The notes under the pieces are model-generated. The model made no database searches. It was not told the origin of the DNA and saw nothing but the letters and a program-made list of their open reading frames with translations. A stretch of 64,000 bases of DNA from Carcharhinus longimanus. Taxonomy: Eukaryota. Every line of letters begins with the position of its first letter. The first letter of the stretch is position 1. The DNA is taken from the NCBI GenBank assembly GCA_030264375.1, contig JASCQW010000043.1, positions 93,527,924-93,591,923 of the forward strand, written 5' to 3'. Shown here in pieces: positions 1 to 44,869 of the stretch. A program made the position numbers and the translations under genes.

Positions 1-1349
1 CATATACAACTTAGTGTTCTCTTTCCATGAATTCATTGCTAAAATGCTTAAAAGCACTTGGGAGTCAGCTTACTGTATACATGGAAATGTTGGTTACCAA
101 GCATGGAGTTGAGATGATGATCATTGTTCTACAATTTAAAATGATGGATAATCTAAAAACAGGCTGTGCTTCAATTGTGTCCATTCTAGAGTATGCACCA
201 GGTAGACCCATCAGGTCAGTCAGAAGATAGAACATAGAACACTACAGCACAAACAGGCCCTTCGGCCCACGAGTTGCACCAATCACATCAACACCTACTA
301 ATCCATAGACCTATCTATAAACCCCAATCCCACTACATCCCATATACGATGAAGTTGAAAATGATGTACTGCACTTAAAATCAAATTGAAAGCATAAAAC
401 CCTTAGACCAGATACATCAGCAAAAGGACAAACACAGGAGACTTTCGAGAGAATGGGCAGAAATAAAGTATTTTTGTGAGGGACAACCTAGAGCACATCA
501 ATATAAGATGGTCATTGTTTGGAAGCAATTGATATACCTAGAAACTGGTGAGAATGGGAATCTCCCAATAACAGGAGTAGCTGAGGTAAATAACATGTAT
601 TTAAAAGGGGAAGCTAGACACATGAAGCAGAATGAAAGAGAGAGTTATACTACTAAGAGTTAGATTAGGAAGGATGCGAGGAGGCTCAAGTGGAGCATTA
701 ATGAGCCTGGACTGGTTGAGCTGAATGCAATTGAATATTCAAATTCAAACTCTGTTTCAGTAACCTGCTCATTATACAGAAAAGAAAATGGACATGGGTA
801 CAATGTCCAGTTCTAGTCTAAACAAAGATCTGGACTGCAACTTTTTGGATCAAGTACTTTCTGGATGAGAGCGAGATTAGGATGGAAGCCCTAGAAGGTC
901 TTCTGTCAGTTGGTATTGTGATATAGCAGCTATGACCCCCATTCACATTAATTTACCTAATGAGCACCTGGTTTGCAGTGTAATCACCTAACACTTAACA
1001 AGGTGGTACAGGCTGTTAATGTCTTGTAAATAATTAGTCAGAATGCAATAGTAAGACTATTTTAATAAAGTTCATTAAAAAGATTTAAAATTTCCCATCA
1101 CTTTAGTACAAATGAATGATTTTCTCCCACTGGCAGGGAGAAAACAAAATAATTATTGCCAATATGATACAAGTAATCAAAAATAATACATTTACAATGG
1201 ATAGATTCCTGGAAGACACCAAGTTGCATCACAATGGAGGGATTTCAACCTGCAGCATGAGGAACCAAATGGCATCTTAATACACTAGTCAAGCTAACCA
1301 TTTAATGTTTGGAAAGCAAATGATAAACTATTGTACAAAGAGCTAATTT

Positions 1350-1730
1350 GCATTGACACAGTGCTTATCACTACCTCAGGACAAAGCATTTTTTGAAGTG
1401 TAGTTACTGTTGTAATGAAGGGAGATTCAGCAGCCATTTTGCACACAAGATCCCACAAATAGCAATGGGATAATCATTCGATAATTGGTTTGTGTATTGT
1501 TGACTGGAGGGATAAATATTGGCCAAGATGTACTGTAGAACTCCATGCTTCTTCAAATAGATACCATGGCATTATGTATTTACATCCACTTGAGCGATAC
1601 GGAGCCTGTTTAATGTCTCATCCAAAAGGTTGCACCTCTTAATGGTGCTATACTTCCTCAGTACTTAGCCCACAATGTTTTGAGTCAGAGGTGAAAGCTC
1701 TACAACTAAGCCAAGTCAAAACTAAGGACA
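1350..1730 (-). mobile_element. Old Deu-domain (SacSINE1/AmnSINE-like) SINE; further decayed copies near 11340-11580, 14600-14850, 17280-17880, 31670-31850, 40320-40660, 47050-47420 and 58500-58660
   Basis: A recurrent motif TTTGAAGTGTAGT.ACTGTTGTAATG...GCAGCCA.TTTGCACACA...CCCACAAA...GAGGGATAAATATTGGCC is shared among the copies. The family name is inferred. Confidence 0.6.
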
Positions 1731-3034
1731 GCACACAGCTCTCCTTAAATGGATAGTTTGAGGGTTAGGTTTTCTATCAAGACAAATAAAGCAACTTTAG
1801 TACAGATAATCTTGGAGGAATGAGAGGAAAAACAAGTTTAGCCATGGACAGGAATTCTGCCATTTTTATAACTCATTAACTAAACACTTCTGGAAAATTG
1901 CCAGGGAAGAGATTGCAATTTGCAAAAGTTCACTTACAAACATTTAACACACCAGGTAATACATTTTCATTGCACTAAATCTTAACAATAGACATTTAAA
2001 AGATATGGATTTAATAGTTATGGGATTAATCAATTAGCTGCCCACACAGGAGCACAGTGGTGCTGAGTGCCAATACGTGAACTTAAATGAATTAGAACTT
2101 AAGAGGTTAGTTCCAAAGGGCAAATTTCACACAAAAACCTCTTTGAAACTGCTTCCTCATTCTAATAAAATTTACACATCCAAGGTTAATGTAAGTCAAG
2201 GAATACCTCTCATCTTGCAAGCAAGTAATTGCTGGAGATGGACTAATCTTGAATATGTAAAACACTTCAAAACAGAAGATTTACAACATATATCCCAGGA
2301 ATGGATTGATTTGTAATTAGCGAGCAATGATGTCAAATGGTGCAGGTCATTAAAATGAAAAAGAATCTCACTTGTTTCACATATGAATTATGTAATTAAA
2401 AAAACTGATCTTATTTCCCTCTTTCCCATACCCCTACCTCAAGAGAGTTCTTAAATTGATAGCCTTCTTGAAATATAAAACAATAAAAAGAACTACGATG
2501 TAATGACATGCAAAACAAAGTTAGTTCATTCCCAAAAAAAAGAAATCACTAATCCTTTATTTTGGAGTTGATCATAACCAAGGATTTGATTACTCAGTTT
2601 GAGGGGCTGAATATTTGGAGGGGGTTTTCAATCATCCAAATGTGACTTGGGCAGAGGCTACATGGGAATCAACAGCGCCATTTCTCCAGTGTTCCTGCCA
2701 ATCATCCCAACAGGTTTGGCAATAGTTAGGAAAATCCCAAACCCCACATGGTGTACACAATACTGTAGACCAAAAAACCACATTTAACAACATGATGAAA
2801 AGGTATCTCCCAGCGGGGCTGCCAATTATCCTATCCCAAAACGACCTTGATATTTGGTTTGTTGACAGCTCGCTGTCAGCTTCTACAGAATACTTTTCAT
2901 TTTGCTTGAAAGGAATCCAAGAAATCTGTTTCTAGTGAGAATGGTCCAATTGTCAGTTAAATAGCAAAGAACTGCAAAGGGACCCTGAATTAAACAGGCA
3001 TTTCAGTAAGCCAAAGTGGAAATACTGTCAAATC

Positions 3035-3852
3035 TTTATTCTTGAATCTTTGGTACATTCAATTTTTTTTTAAGTCTAAAATGAGTGAGATGTGTCCCAA
3101 TTTAAAAAGAAACACACAAACCTAGATCTCTTCTTTAGAAAGTATTTACAATAGAAATTACAATATAATACAAGTGTTAAACTTATAATATGACATCAAG
3201 GCTCTATGAAACATTGAATCTCTCCCAGTTCTGGTGTTTGTAGCATGCAGGGTAGAATGGGATCAGGCCCAGTTACAAGTAACTTTGCCTTGCAAAAAGA
3301 GTGCTGAATGACTGACAGCAGGGGTTTTTGTACCTTGTTTTGCAACAGAAGGACGATTTTGGTAAACCATGGCATAATATACATATTTTTTTTTAAATTC
3401 CCCATATCCCCCAGATTCATACTAAAAACACTTTCTAGTGAGCAATAATACAATATATACAGCATCTTCACACACTTCAGTACTACAAAGCGGGCAAGTC
3501 TTCCAAACAGTACCATCCATTCCACAAACACCATGATTTGGGCAGCATCACTCACTAGTACACAGCTGCACTATGTAACAGGGCTTTGCTGTTACATGCT
3601 ATCAAGTCACCAAATGAGCAAATGTAGTGTTATTTACAGCATGCGAGAAAATGGAGGTGGCAATGTAAGTTAATTTGTAGCTGTTCAATTCCTCTTGAAA
3701 CAGCAGGAGGAAAGAAAAAGGAATAAATGAGCTCTCAAGAGGGTGTAGGGGATGCTGTGAGAAAAGGAAAAGGGGCGGAATCAGAAAGAAAAAAAGGACA
3801 CCTCACACTGCTGGTTAAAACATCTTTTTTTTAAAAAAAATCACAATAAAAT
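3035..3852 (-). other. SLC20A2: SLC20A2 3' UTR up to the first AATAAA (3035-3040); second AATAAA at 2556-2561
   Basis: Repeat-free AT-rich sequence after the stop codon, with canonical hexamers on the minus strand. The cleavage site cannot be determined from sequence alone. Confidence 0.55.
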
Positions 3853-35954
<32,102 letters not shown>

Positions 35955-36248
35955 TTTTTTTGGATTTTTTCAAGTATGTGCACAGAAAAGGGAGCTGGAA
36001 GAATCACTGACAGACAGACACTCTTTCACACACATACATACACTCACAAACTAACACGCACACTGGGTTGAGCTTCTGTAAACTGTAGTTTTCTTCTGGG
36101 AAAGTGCTTTGTAATACTCGGAGATGTTTCACTGCTAACTAATGCTTCTCTGGGTAGTGTTAACACAGTTTCTTAAGCTTAAGGTTGTCAAAAGGTGAAT
36201 GCATTCCATAGTTAAACGTCCAGCTTGGCAGGCAGAGATTGTCACCTC
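35955..36248 (-). other. SLC20A2: Predicted 5' UTR part of SLC20A2 exon 2
   Basis: Strong acceptor TTTCCTTTTTGTTAATGTTTTCACAG ending at 36249, 294 nt upstream of the ATG. Vertebrate SLC20A2 exon 2 begins with a few hundred nt of UTR. Confidence 0.6.
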
Positions 36249-37554
36249 CTGTGAAAACATTAACAAAAAGGAAAGATTCAGCAAAATCTTTTATACAGTT
36301 GGGGTTCAAAAGATAAGCAAATTTACATATTGTGCAATTAAAACAGTGAGCTACGCGGTGAACACGCACCCACAATAAAAACAGCTTAGGTAAACAGTTT
36401 CATCTCTACTACCAATCTCACATTCCCACTTCCATTATTTAATCTTTTGGGATAGCCCAATGGGGTTAGGTGATTCAGTTTCCTGAAAGATGTTTCAAAG
36501 CATTAAAAGCTATAGCAATTCCTACTAAATAACCCAACTGGATATTGCAATTGTATCAAGAGAACTAGTAGTCATGGCCTGTGCACAATAAGCAAAATTA
36601 TAAGCTTTGAATATAATCAATTCATATAGAAAGAAAAATGAACAGAAAATAATGAGCTTGTATTCCCTCTGTGCCTTTCATAATGTCCCAAAATATCTCA
36701 GCCTTTTCAAAGTCCAGGTCCTATTGTAATGTAATGCAACAACCATTTGCACAAAGCAAAAATCCCACAACCAGCAAGATAAAAAGACACTGCAAAAATC
36801 CAATCCCAGTAAAACCAGAAGTAAATCACAATGAGAAAAAAAAAGGGGTGTAGTGTTTCAGATTCAAAACTAAGCTATGCTAAAGCTGAGACTTCTGTCC
36901 AATTAGTAGATTGTGAGTAAGCAATGACAGCTGATTCAGGACTTCTATAAACTGCTGGTGAAATCTAGCCAATGAATGCCACCTGAATTGAAACTACATT
37001 CACACGAAGAGCAAATAACATTCCAGAAAACCATTTGCAGATTTCAGCAATTCAGGCTTTAATAAATAAATGATCCACAAAAAAGGCAATATTTGCAATC
37101 TATTCTTCCATCATTTGCTTAAAAATTAATAATTCTAAACATTTCATCACTTGATTCTCACTTGCTACTAATTTTTACCTTTCAGTAGACCACTTTTGCA
37201 ATAGTTTTATCAAGAATAGGTACTTCCAGAAAAAGCTCCAAATTAATAAGCAAGCTTTTTAAGATTCTACCGAAAGTTTGATAACAAAATTAAACTGCAC
37301 TTTTAACCTAGCTTAGAATACAGGTGTTGTGAATGCGGAGAACAGTAGTCATTTAATCTCTCAGCTTTTGACAGAGATTCAAAATTCAGGATGACAAACA
37401 ACCATATTTGCACATCAGTGCTCAAGACAGAAACAACTTCAGATATTTTCAGATTGCCAAACCTCAGATGTATTCTGTCTTTGCGCTTGGATATTAATTT
37501 GGATATTTTTCACGTCGCAAAACTGTTACTCTGACTCACATTCATTTCAGTTCG

Positions 37555-37690
37555 TTAGGTGCATTGGCCACTTTAAAACTCTCCCTCATTGTACCTGAGC
37601 AGGTGCCAGAATGTGGTAACTAGGGTATTTTCACAATAACTTCATTGCAGTGTTAATAATAAGCCTACTTGTAACACTAATAAACTTTAA
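37555..37690 (+). mobile_element. V-SINE 3' fragment
   Basis: TTAGGTGCATTGGCC...TTTCACAATAACTTCATTGCAGTGTTAAT...CTAATAAACTTT, matching 53915-54027. Confidence 0.75.
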
Positions 37691-39209
37691 AACATCCATT
37701 TTTGGATTTGACATGACACAAGTGGTACTTCCTGCAANNNNNNNNNNNNNNNNNNNNNNNNNNNNNNNNNNNNNNNNNNNNNNNNNNNNNNNNNNNNNNN
37801 NNNNNNNNNNNNNNNNNNNNNNNNNNNNNNNNNNNNNNNNNNNNNNNNNNNNNNNNNNNNNNNNNNNNNNNNNNNNNNNNNNNNNNGCCGACACTATACG
37901 GCAGAGCTGAGCTGCTGTTCCTTGAATGGCAAAGCAGAAGTCTACAGACTTTGCTCAAACAGCTTGCAAGAAGATCAAAGCGGGGCAAAAAGGAAGCATT
38001 TGTATACAGGTTTTGTGTTGCCAACATCTGGAGAGAATAATGGAAAGGAAGGGAAGGCACTAGCTAACAGCAGAAGTCCCTATCTAATTGGCACTTCTGA
38101 ACTAAAAGGAACCCATGCGCACTATAACACAGATCTAAACAACCAGGCACATGACAACACATATCTTCCATAAAACCGAACTCATCCAAAACTATATAGC
38201 CCATATCCTAACTTGCATCAAGTCCTGATCAACCAAAATCACTGTATTCATTGACCTACGTTTGGCTGCAAGTGTAGCAACGTCTCAGTTTTAAAGATTT
38301 TTATCCTATTTTTCTAAGTCCTTTCATGATCTAAGCCCTCCGTCCACCCCTCAGTGCTCCTCCAATTCCAGCCTCCAGAGTTTTCCCAATTTAAATGTCC
38401 CAATGCCTCAAGATAAAGCTCTCCGCTCTCCAATTCCCTCCTTTGAGCTTCTCAACCTGTCTCATCCTTCTAAGATACCTCTGACCAGTCTGTCCTGTAG
38501 TATGCTGAAATGGATTTGCTGTCTAATTTATGCTCCTGTGGAGCACTGGCATTAACTATACATTGTTGTTATGAAACCCAGCTGTGGACAACGTAGTAGA
38601 TAACTATAGAGCTGATGGCCATTTCATCAGCACCTTTCACGTGAGCCCATGGTTAGCAAATAAATGTCAATAAAAGCTACCAAAAATGAAGCAGCAAAGG
38701 CTCAGAAACAAAAGAATCCAGCAGAGCAGTCAGTAAAATGAGCTAGGGATTGCAAATGATTTTACTAAAGACTGAACAATTGGTTTTAGAAGTTGTTGAT
38801 TTTCTAATGCACATCTGCTGCAGCATTTGCTGTAAACAACACTAATTTTCAGGAAAAGTGATTTGTAATCACTTTAAAATTGGGAAGAACCCCAAGTCAC
38901 AGATTATATGCTACTTTCAACTGATCATTCACAATTGTCCAAGCACTCAGATAAGGATGATGCAAAGTTCTGAAAGAGAGGTATGTGTATGCGCACACAA
39001 ATTGAGCCAGGGAGAGACATATATTAAAAAGTTATAAAAAAGGAGCATTTATAAAGAAAACAGAAAGACAAAAGTTACCGTACATAGAGATGCCAAGATC
39101 ATTTGGTAACATCGTCTCTGAAGGAACGACAAGAGAGATTGATCTACTAGTCTAATTACCTGTTTCCATGAATAATCCAGCTCTATTCAACAGTTTGGGA
39201 CACAGATGG

Positions 39210-40150
39210 GTTACATAAGAATATAAAAAAAATAGGAGCAGGAGTAGGCCATCTAGCCCTTTGGGCCTGCCCCACCGTTCAATAAGATCATGGCTGATCT
39301 GAAGTGGATCAGTTCCACTTACCTGCCTGCTCCCCATAACCCTTAATGATCAGAAATCTATCTACCTGTGACTTAAACATATTCAACAAGGTAGCCTCCA
39401 CCACTTCAATGGGCAGAGAATTCCNNNNNNNNNNNNNNNNNNNNNNNNNNNNNNNNNNNNNNNNNNNNNNNNNNNNNNNNNNNNNNNNNNNNNNNNNNNN
39501 NNNNNNNNNNNNNNNNNNNNNNNNNNNNNNNNNNNNNNNNNNNNNNNNNNNNNNNNNNNNNNNNNNNNNNNNNNNNNNNNNNNNNNNNNNNNNNNNNNNN
39601 NNNNNNNNNNNNNNNNNNNNNNNNNNNNNNNNNNNNNNNNNNNNNNNNNNNNNNNNNNNNNNNNNNNNNNNNNNNNNNNNNNNNNNNNCCTGGTGAACCT
39701 TCTCTGTATTCCCTCCAAGGCCAATATATCCTTTCGCAAATAAGGGGACCAAAACTGCACACAGTACTCCAGTTGCGGCCTAACCAGTGCCTTGTACAGT
39801 TGCAGCAAGACCTCCCTGTCTTTATATTCTATCCCCCTCGCGATAAAGGCCAACATTCCATTCGCCTTCTTGATCACCTGCAGACTGAGATTTTGCGATT
39901 CGTGCACAAGGACGCCGAGATCCCTCTGTACCGTAGCATGCTGCAAGATTCCACCATTTAAATAATATTCCATCCTACTACTATTTCTTCCAAAGTGGAT
40001 AACCTCACATTTGCCAATGTTATACTCCATTTGCCAGATCCTCGCCCACTCACTCAGCCTCTCCAAATCTCTCTGCAGACTTTCCACGTCCTCCACACAT
40101 TTCGCTTTTCCACTCATCTTCATGTCATCAGCTAACTTTGTTACCCTACA
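39210..40150 (-). mobile_element. 5'-truncated CR1-clade LINE (HER1-like): RT C-terminus and 3' tail, with an internal N gap
   Basis: Translation LADDMK...LQRDLERLSEWARIWQMEYNIGKCEVIHFG...QRDLGVLV...LYKALVRPQLEYCVQFWSPYLRKDILALEGIQRRFTR is typical CR1 ORF2; tail ...TACTCCTGCTCCTAT...TTCTTATG. Confidence 0.92.
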
Positions 40151-41068
40151 TCCAGCTTCACTCAGGGTTAAAGAGAGCAAGAGGGAAAGGTGGTCCTGGA
40201 TTACCCTGCACAAATTGGTCACCGGTTTTAAGAGTGTTTTAATCTCAATACACAACAGCTATTTAATATGAGCTGACACAATCCAGTTGCCAAAAAGAAA
40301 GAACTCTTGATAAATTTTCATTTTCATGGTATCTTTCATGACTTCAGGCATCTCAAATGCTTACAGCTAATCAAGTACTTTAAACTGAAGTCACTAAACA
40401 CAACACAGGAAAATGTGGCAGCCAACTGCATACCTGAAAATCTCAAACAGCCATTAGATAACATTCAGATGATCTAATTTTTAGTGACTCCCTGAAATGG
40501 GAAGTTGGGAGAACTCTGTCGTTCTCCTACGGCATTTATTGCCATGGGGTCTTTTACATCGACATGAGGGAAGATTGAGCTGCAGACTAGGAGCTTGTCT
40601 GAAAGATGAAGCAGCACTCCTTCATTACTATCTTGACAGTATCAGCATGAATATGTTGAAGTGTCTGGAGAAGGAGATCTTCTTGACTGGCACCCAATCC
40701 ACTACCCGAAACATTCATTCCTTCCAATATGTTATTACAGGATGCACTGCAGTAATTCATTAATTCCTTCCCAAGCCTATAACCTACAAAGGCAGCAGGC
40801 TGTTATTAACTCCTGCAAGTTCCAAGTCACGTGTCATTCCAAATTGGAAATAATCACCATTCCAGCATGGTCACTGGATCAAAATCTTGGAACTTCTCAA
40901 TATGAAAGCAAGTGCCTGCACCACACGAACTGTAAAAGCTCAAGGTGGCAAATCACCAGCATCTTCCCAAGTCCAAATATGCAGAAAATGCTGGTCAACC
41001 AAGTGACACCAACATCCTCTTTAAAAAGCTCCTAGCTCAGAAGCGTAAGTGTTACCAATGAGCCACAG

Positions 41069-41475
41069 ACCTGGTGCGGAGAGGGGTGGGTCGGGATGCC
41101 AACCTCCTCACGAAGCTACTCTTGGGCCTGGCGAGATGCGCCGTCAATAGGTCCAGACAGCGGGCGATCGACAGGACCATCCACCCCGACTGCCTGCCCC
41201 TCTACTGCGGCTACGTTCGCAGCCAGGTGTCCCTGGAGAGGCAGCATGCTGTGTCCATGGGCGCAGTTGACGCCTTCCGTGCCCGCTGGGCACCACAGGG
41301 GTTGGGACGTGTTATAGACCCTGATAATCACATTTTGATTTAATGTTTTAAGTTTCCTTTGGATTTTGATTTCTGTTCATGCCGTCCCCCCTTCCTTTTG
41401 GGGGGGGGAGCTGCCCCTCTTAATTTGTCCCTAAGTTAATTTGAGTTTGTTTACTTGTTGGGTACATAAAAGAAC
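41069..41475 (+). mobile_element. 5'-truncated Tx1/L1-group LINE (ORF2 C-terminus and 3' UTR) with a 16-bp TSD
   Basis: GC-rich ORF LLLGLARCAVNRSR...CLPLYCGYVRSQVSLER...FRARWAPQG resembles a Tx1 ORF2 end. It is flanked by identical TACCAATGAGCCACAG at 41053-41068 and 41476-41491. Confidence 0.8.
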
Positions 41476-42820
41476 TACCAATGAGCCACAGTTAAAAACA
41501 CAATGGTGGTCCGCATGTTTCAAATATCCTCAAACAATAGTAATCATACAAGGTAAATAAAACTTATAACCAGGGGTTTTCTTAATGGAGATAAAAGCAA
41601 AGGCAGATGTTTCAGACACTTGCTCCAGCTTCGAGTACAAGGCAGAGAAAGATTACCGATACAGGAAACAATGTTTGCAAATTCTGGGTGTTTGTTCTTT
41701 TTGCAGGAATGGTACAGCTTAATACTAACAGAAGGGTATTAATTCCATAGCCCAAGCCATGTAAATTCCACTGTCATATTTTGATCATTTATTTAGCACC
41801 CTATGTCAGAGGTGGGTTAATACATGGGTGCCACCACACGACACAAGCTCTGGCTTAAACTCACCATAAACAGGCTACAACTGCTGGATTGGTTTCATTC
41901 AAGGGGAGCATGTGGTGTTATGATTCAATAACAGTTTTCTACAGGTCTTTCTTTCTGGTGTTTTACTGCATGTTTAAGTGCCATCAGATTGAAGGAATTC
42001 AGTAGAAGTGCCCAGGAGCCAAGAATTCATAAATCACATTAAAACCAACATAGCACACTTAGAGCCAAAACACCAGCTACTTTCAGATTTAGCCAACATT
42101 CAGTTTGAAATAAACAAGCTGGGGAGTGCTGAAAAACTTGTGATGAATTTGTGACTTCCTCCCATATTCTTTTGCATTTGATCAATATTGTCACATCCAA
42201 ACACTTATGTGCAAAAGAAATGACTTCTTGCATTGAGCTGCACAAACAAATCTATAAATTGTGACACAGTTCATACCTGCAGCCTTTAATCCCTAAATAG
42301 ATTGATGGTGCAAGGAGCACTCCAGCAGTCACTGGGTCCATGCACAAGCAGATCCCCTCTCCACCTTCCTGCGGGATGTCCCTCCATTAGTGTTAACGCG
42401 AGTCAGTTCAATGCCCTGAACTGGGGGCCAGGCTGAGCTGTGCATTTCCACACTAAGCCTGTTCTCTCCTGTTCAAAATTCTGCATGTTCGTTTTGAATC
42501 CCCAAAGCAGTAAAGCGGTGATTTTTTAAAATTTAAAATGTGTCATACAACACCCCGCAAAAAACAATTTAAAAATAAGCAAAAATATTAGATTGACCAT
42601 AATTTTATTTGGGTTCACGGCTGAATTTCTAAACAACGCAAACTACAATCGATTGAAAAATATCAATGAGTTGACAAGAAACCTCGATGGAGAAAACTTT
42701 AAAAGATCGTATTTCAAAGCGAGTTGAGCTTTTATATTTACTTTAAAAGTTTTGCACTGGGAGAAGTAAACATACCTCCAGGGAAGGAGTCTGAGACTAA
42801 TCCAGTGCAACTCTCCTTAC

Positions 42821-43160
42821 CTTCTGGCTCTCGGGTCCAACTCAAAGTTACAGCAGCCCGGAGTTCACCGCACTCACAACACTCATACACAGGCACAGAA
42901 TTCCTGTACCTCTCGGCACGGCTGCTGGTAAAGACCAAAAGTACAGCTCTGCACTTTTTATAATCTGAAGACTGGGTAGTGTCACCTGGTGCCGGGGCAC
43001 ATGACAGTAAAACGGGAGGGAGAGAGAGAGAGAGATAGATAGTGGGAGGTCCTTGGCATTTCCCCAACACGCATGGGTTGCACATGCAAATGCCACTCGC
43101 CTAGGCAGGGAGGGCACTGGTCCAGATTTGCGGATTAGACACAAGGAGCAAGTGAGTCAT
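42821..43160 (-). promoter_or_regulatory. SLC20A2: Candidate promoter and non-coding first exon of SLC20A2 (TATA 42954-42962; exon about 42821-42932)
   Basis: TATAAAAAG on the minus strand, a locally CpG-richer ~110-nt block downstream and a consensus donor AAG|GTAAGG at 42820. E-boxes, an octamer and an AP-1 motif lie upstream. Confidence 0.55.
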
Positions 43161-43849
43161 GTTTTGTACACCCAAGATTTTGCAACTTTTAAATCCGGAA
43201 AATAAATCCATTTTCACCACTTCAGATTTCAAACAACCCATTTACCCAAATTAGAATGATTTCTAGGGACTCCAGCAATGCCATTGTAAAACTTGTAAAT
43301 TATAGAGTCCAGGCAGCAATTATCGGCATCCCACTGATCTATTCCATCTCAGGTATAGATCCCGTATCCACAAGCACTCTGCACAAAAATNNNNNNNNNN
43401 CAGAGAGGGAGAGTGAGCATAGGAGGACCGAGGTACAGACTGGAGGACAAACTGAACAGAGAAATAGCCATATAGAAAAAAGACAAAAATTGGACTGGGG
43501 GAACTGATGTGTCCATATCTGGAACATTACATTGAAGGCTAGCTTATTCCTGGAAGCAACTCGTATGGCGCCCCCCCGGCGAACAAAATGGTCACAGAGA
43601 AAGCTTTGGGAACATTAATTCTGGTACCTTTTTCAACTGTCAAAGACCCGAAGAATTTGCTGGAATGGCTGTGCAATGACCTGCAACAGCTGTTACACAT
43701 TCACTACTCCAGAAAAATCTTATACAATTATTTACCCTCAAGTGCTGTGGCTTTTCACGTCACACCTTAGTACTGCAGGAATTTGCTCTGCAGCCAGGTC
43801 TTAACACCGCAAGTCTGATGTCCTTGGGTCATCAGCCAGTTTAAACAAG

Positions 43850-44350
43850 AAATGATTTGATTTGTCACATGTATTAGTATACAGTGAAAAGTATTGTTTC
43901 TTGTGTGCTGTACAGACAAAGCATTTCATAGAGAAAGAAAGGAAAGTGTTACACTTATTGCTGAGTGTAGAGAAAGATCAACTTAGTGCAAGGTAGGTCC
44001 ATTCAAAAGTCTGATGGCAACAGGAAAGTAGTTGTTCTCGAGTCAGTTGGCATGTGACCTCAGACTTTTGTATCTTTTTCCCGACAGAAGTAGTTGACCA
44101 CGCAGCCATGGGTGCATAAGGAGTACAGTAGGGACTGAGGACACAGCCTTATGGGATACCGGTATTGAGGATGATCCTGGAGGTGGTGTTGTTGCCTATT
44201 CTTGCTGATTGCTGTCTGTGGGCTAGGAAGTCTAGGATCCAGTCACAGAGTGAGAAGCCGAGGCCCAGGCCACAGAATTTGGAGATGAGTTTCACAGGAA
44301 TAATGATGTCAAAAGCTGAGCTATAGTCAATAAATAGGAGTCTGACAGTG
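43850..44350 (-). mobile_element. Rex1/Babar-type LINE remnant (RT fragment joined to 3' end)
   Basis: [17 protein letters not shown]...CDWILDFL...LNTGIP*GCVLSP is a Rex1-like RT motif with a stop and a frameshift; (CAAAT)n-like tail near 43850-43865. Confidence 0.8.
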
Positions 44351-44869
44351 AACAAACTTCTGAATTAATAGCATTTCCCTTTGCAATATCAGCAAGTGGC
44401 ATGGTTCAAATTTCTATATAAACCAATAGACAAATATAGCATTTATTTTTTTCTCTATTACATCTGAAGTGAAGTACACATTTTTAACTATATTATATTA
44501 CTGTTTAACACACAAATCATAAAAAGCAGGAGGATTATTGAAGGCAATTGACTAACAAAAGGAGGAAATGTTAGGAGTTTTTTTTAAGGAAAAACAACAT
44601 GCTACAATGATCTGGAATGCACTGCTCAAAAAGGTGGTGCAATCAGATTCAGTAGTAACTTTTAATAAGGAATTGGATATCTAGTTGAAACAAGAAAATC
44701 TGGAGAGCTGTGAGGTTAGACCAGGGGAAGTGGGGATAATTAGAAAGCTCTTTCAAAGAACAGGTACCAGCACAATTGGCTGAATGACTGACCGCATCTT
44801 AGAAGATTTACGATTCCCTACAAGAAGGCAGGAGGAAAATAAATTTCAAACATTCCCCATAGAGTTCCC

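Noticed and set aside
1-2500. Possible 3' end of a neighbouring gene (VDAC3 lies tail-to-tail with SLC20A2 in human)
   Set aside because: No recognisable coding exon in this interval, only repeats and AT-rich DNA.
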